A DNA stretch of 64,000 nt, from contig NW_012236531.1 in assembly GCF_000787575.1 (NCBI RefSeq), forward strand, positions 281,054 through 345,053, read 5' to 3'. The notes beneath the pieces are model-generated. The model was not told the origin of the DNA. It did no database searches and worked only from the letters and a program-made list of their open reading frames with translations. Origin of the DNA: Acytostelium subglobosum. Its lineage: Eukaryota. The translations under genes and the position numbers were made by a program. The first letter of the stretch is position 1, and each line of letters starts with the position of its first letter. Below, in pieces: positions 62,222-64,000 of the stretch.

Positions 62222-63923
62222 TCAATAAAAGGTCTCCAATGACTTCTTGATGTTGTCGTCAATGATTGATTGGAAGACGAAACGGACATTGGACGTGTCG
62301 ATGGCGCATGTGAAGTGGATGTACAGGGGTCGCTTGTGCTTGATCTGCTTCTTAAAGAGATCGGCAATGAATGTCGCGCCAGCCTTTGTCGACCCGGCCG
62401 TCCCAGTGAAGCCGTCAAGGTAGTTGGCCAGCGGGATGCGCTTGATCTTCTGCTTGAACAGATCGATCTTGTTCAAAAAGAGTATGAGCACGCTGTTCTG
62501 GAAGTAGGCGCTGTTGGATATCTCGTTGAACAGTTGCAGCGAGTCCTTCATACGGTTGGTCGTTGGGTCCTCCTCCATCACCTGGTCGTAACAATTCAGT
62601 GGCGCTACAAACAGTACTGCATAAACATTATCGAAGCAATGTATCCATTTCCTTCTATATGTCTTTTGTCCACCTACGTCCACCATTCTAATGGATTGAT
62701 TGGATTGGATTGGATTGGATTGGATTTGTTAGTGTCTTGGACTTGGACCATGGTCGACCGTGTCCACGCCACAACACATACCTAAACTTCAGTCCTCTGA
62801 ACTCTGCGTCTTCCTCGATGACGCTTGTAGTCTTTGCTCGCACTCGTAGTATATCTTGCTCGGTTGGTATGAATGAATCGGTAGTATAGGAGTCTAGGTT
62901 GTTGAAAAAACTAGTAGGTGTAGCGTCGTCATGGATGTTAGAGTCAGGCCAAGGGCTGGTCCAGTGTCAAGGGTCTTTAGTTACTTACTATGATGCTGAA
63001 TCGTTTAATTGTAGGGCGGCCGGCATCTGGCCATCGGGGTTGCTCGCATTGCTATGATTGTATATTTGATTGAACTGTCGCTGTATCTCGTTTGATTGCC
63101 ACAGTGTCTTGATGTCGGATATCACTGCCGTCCATGATATCAGACTCAATTGATTGAGTAGCTCGCCAGCGTGTTTAATACGTGCCGCCCTTTCCAAATT
63201 GATTGGATCCTCAAAGTACATCATATGTTGTTGTCGTGTTGTAGTTGTTGTTGTAGTAGTTGTAGTTGTACTTGTAGTAGATGTAGTTGTTGGTGTTGAG
63301 GAAGTTATTCCAATATTATCGCCATTACTACTACTACTACTTCCACTTCCATTATTATTATTGTTATTATTATTATTATTATTATTGATGTCAATGAGGT
63401 TGTTGCTCTTGCTAATATTATTATTAATGTTATCAATTGATGTGTACATGGCATCGAGTAATAGGTTCATCTGACTGACAATGTTCTCAAATATAAGCTG
63501 TCTACTCTCCTTATACTCATTCTCTGTGAAGCCTCCATTCTCCTTGATCAACTTCATCTGTTTGAATAATGTAGACTACATCGTGATGATTGATTATGAA
63601 TGAGTGAGTATGAATGAATGAATGAATGAATGGAGTATTATATATACCTTGCCACTGTCTGATGCACCTAGTAATAGTAACTTTATGAGCCTGTTGGTAT
63701 GAGCTTCTTTCCTGAGGTTCTTGTCTATCTCTTTGGACTTTTGCCGAGCATCTCTTGCTGAAGAGTCATCATGTGAGTTGCTCTTACTAGAGTGTTTAGA
63801 TGACGAAGATGAATGTTTACCACTACTACTTATATTGCTACTACTGTTGTTATTGTTACTGCTGCTGTTACTACTACCTCCTCCTCCTCCTCCTCCACTA
63901 TATATTGTTGATGATGATGACAT
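62222..63923 (-). CDS. heterotrimeric G-protein alpha subunit, multi-exon, with an unusual S/G/N-rich N-terminal extension and a poly-Asn/poly-Thr insertion in the helical domain
   Basis: Exons (minus strand): 63630..63923 region (MSSSSTIYSGGGGGGG...ARQKSKEIDKNLRKEAHTNRLIKLLLLGASDSGK, then GTATAT donor); 62988..63557 (KLIKENGGFTENEYKESRQLIFENIVSQM...poly-N...poly-T...); unresolved middle exons between 62700 and 62990; last exon 62222..62686 (VDVGGQKTYRRKWIHCFDNVYAVLFVAPLNCYDQ...LFLNKIDLFKQKI...YIHFTCAIDTSNVRFVF). Confidence 0.85.
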
Positions 63924-64000
63924 TATTTGTTTGTTTGTTTGTTTGTTTGTTGATGTTCACAATAATATTATATATTTATATATATATATTTGTAGTTGTT

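Overview
This is eukaryotic nuclear DNA, most likely from a dictyostelid social amoeba with moderate GC content. The evidence is short GT-AG introns of 60-140 nt with GTAAGT/GTATGT donors, FNIP-repeat and poly-Q/N/T low-complexity proteins, (CAAT)n microsatellites at gene ends, and housekeeping genes for PP2A-C, RNA polymerase I A190, Exo70, a G-alpha subunit, an Arp, a ZIP transporter and mitoribosomal bL32. The ORF track's TTG/GTG starts are artefacts, and several genes had to be spliced by hand, so splice coordinates are approximate to within a few nt. Two things stand out in the first 24.5 kb. (1) A 6.7-kb intron-less gene (4141..10983) encodes a protein of about 2,280 aa. It fuses an N-terminal septin/AIG1/Toc-type GTPase (P-loop GLSGSGKTT, DTPG, TRMD) to a long helical linker and a C-terminal bacterial SecA-like motor ATPase, with every SecA signature recognisable in order: PHtiQvL, ieiKTGEGKS, LLVDEVD, EyTHRTM, GvTGT, ATssfGRGvDy, QIKGRAARQGQNGS. 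A truncated tandem paralog ends at the window start (1..513). (2) Immediately downstream is a tandem cluster of six copies of a three-domain Bacillus thuringiensis Cry delta-endotoxin-like gene, carrying conserved block-1, block-2 and block-5-like motifs. Three copies are intact, two are frameshifted, and one is a 3' fragment. Each intact copy gained a 21-aa signal-peptide exon, a phase-0 intron and a shared roughly 300-bp upstream element. Together these look like an accessory island of bacterial-type genes (a candidate horizontal-transfer or defence/toxin locus). The remaining 24.5-64 kb is ordinary, gene-dense eukaryotic sequence.
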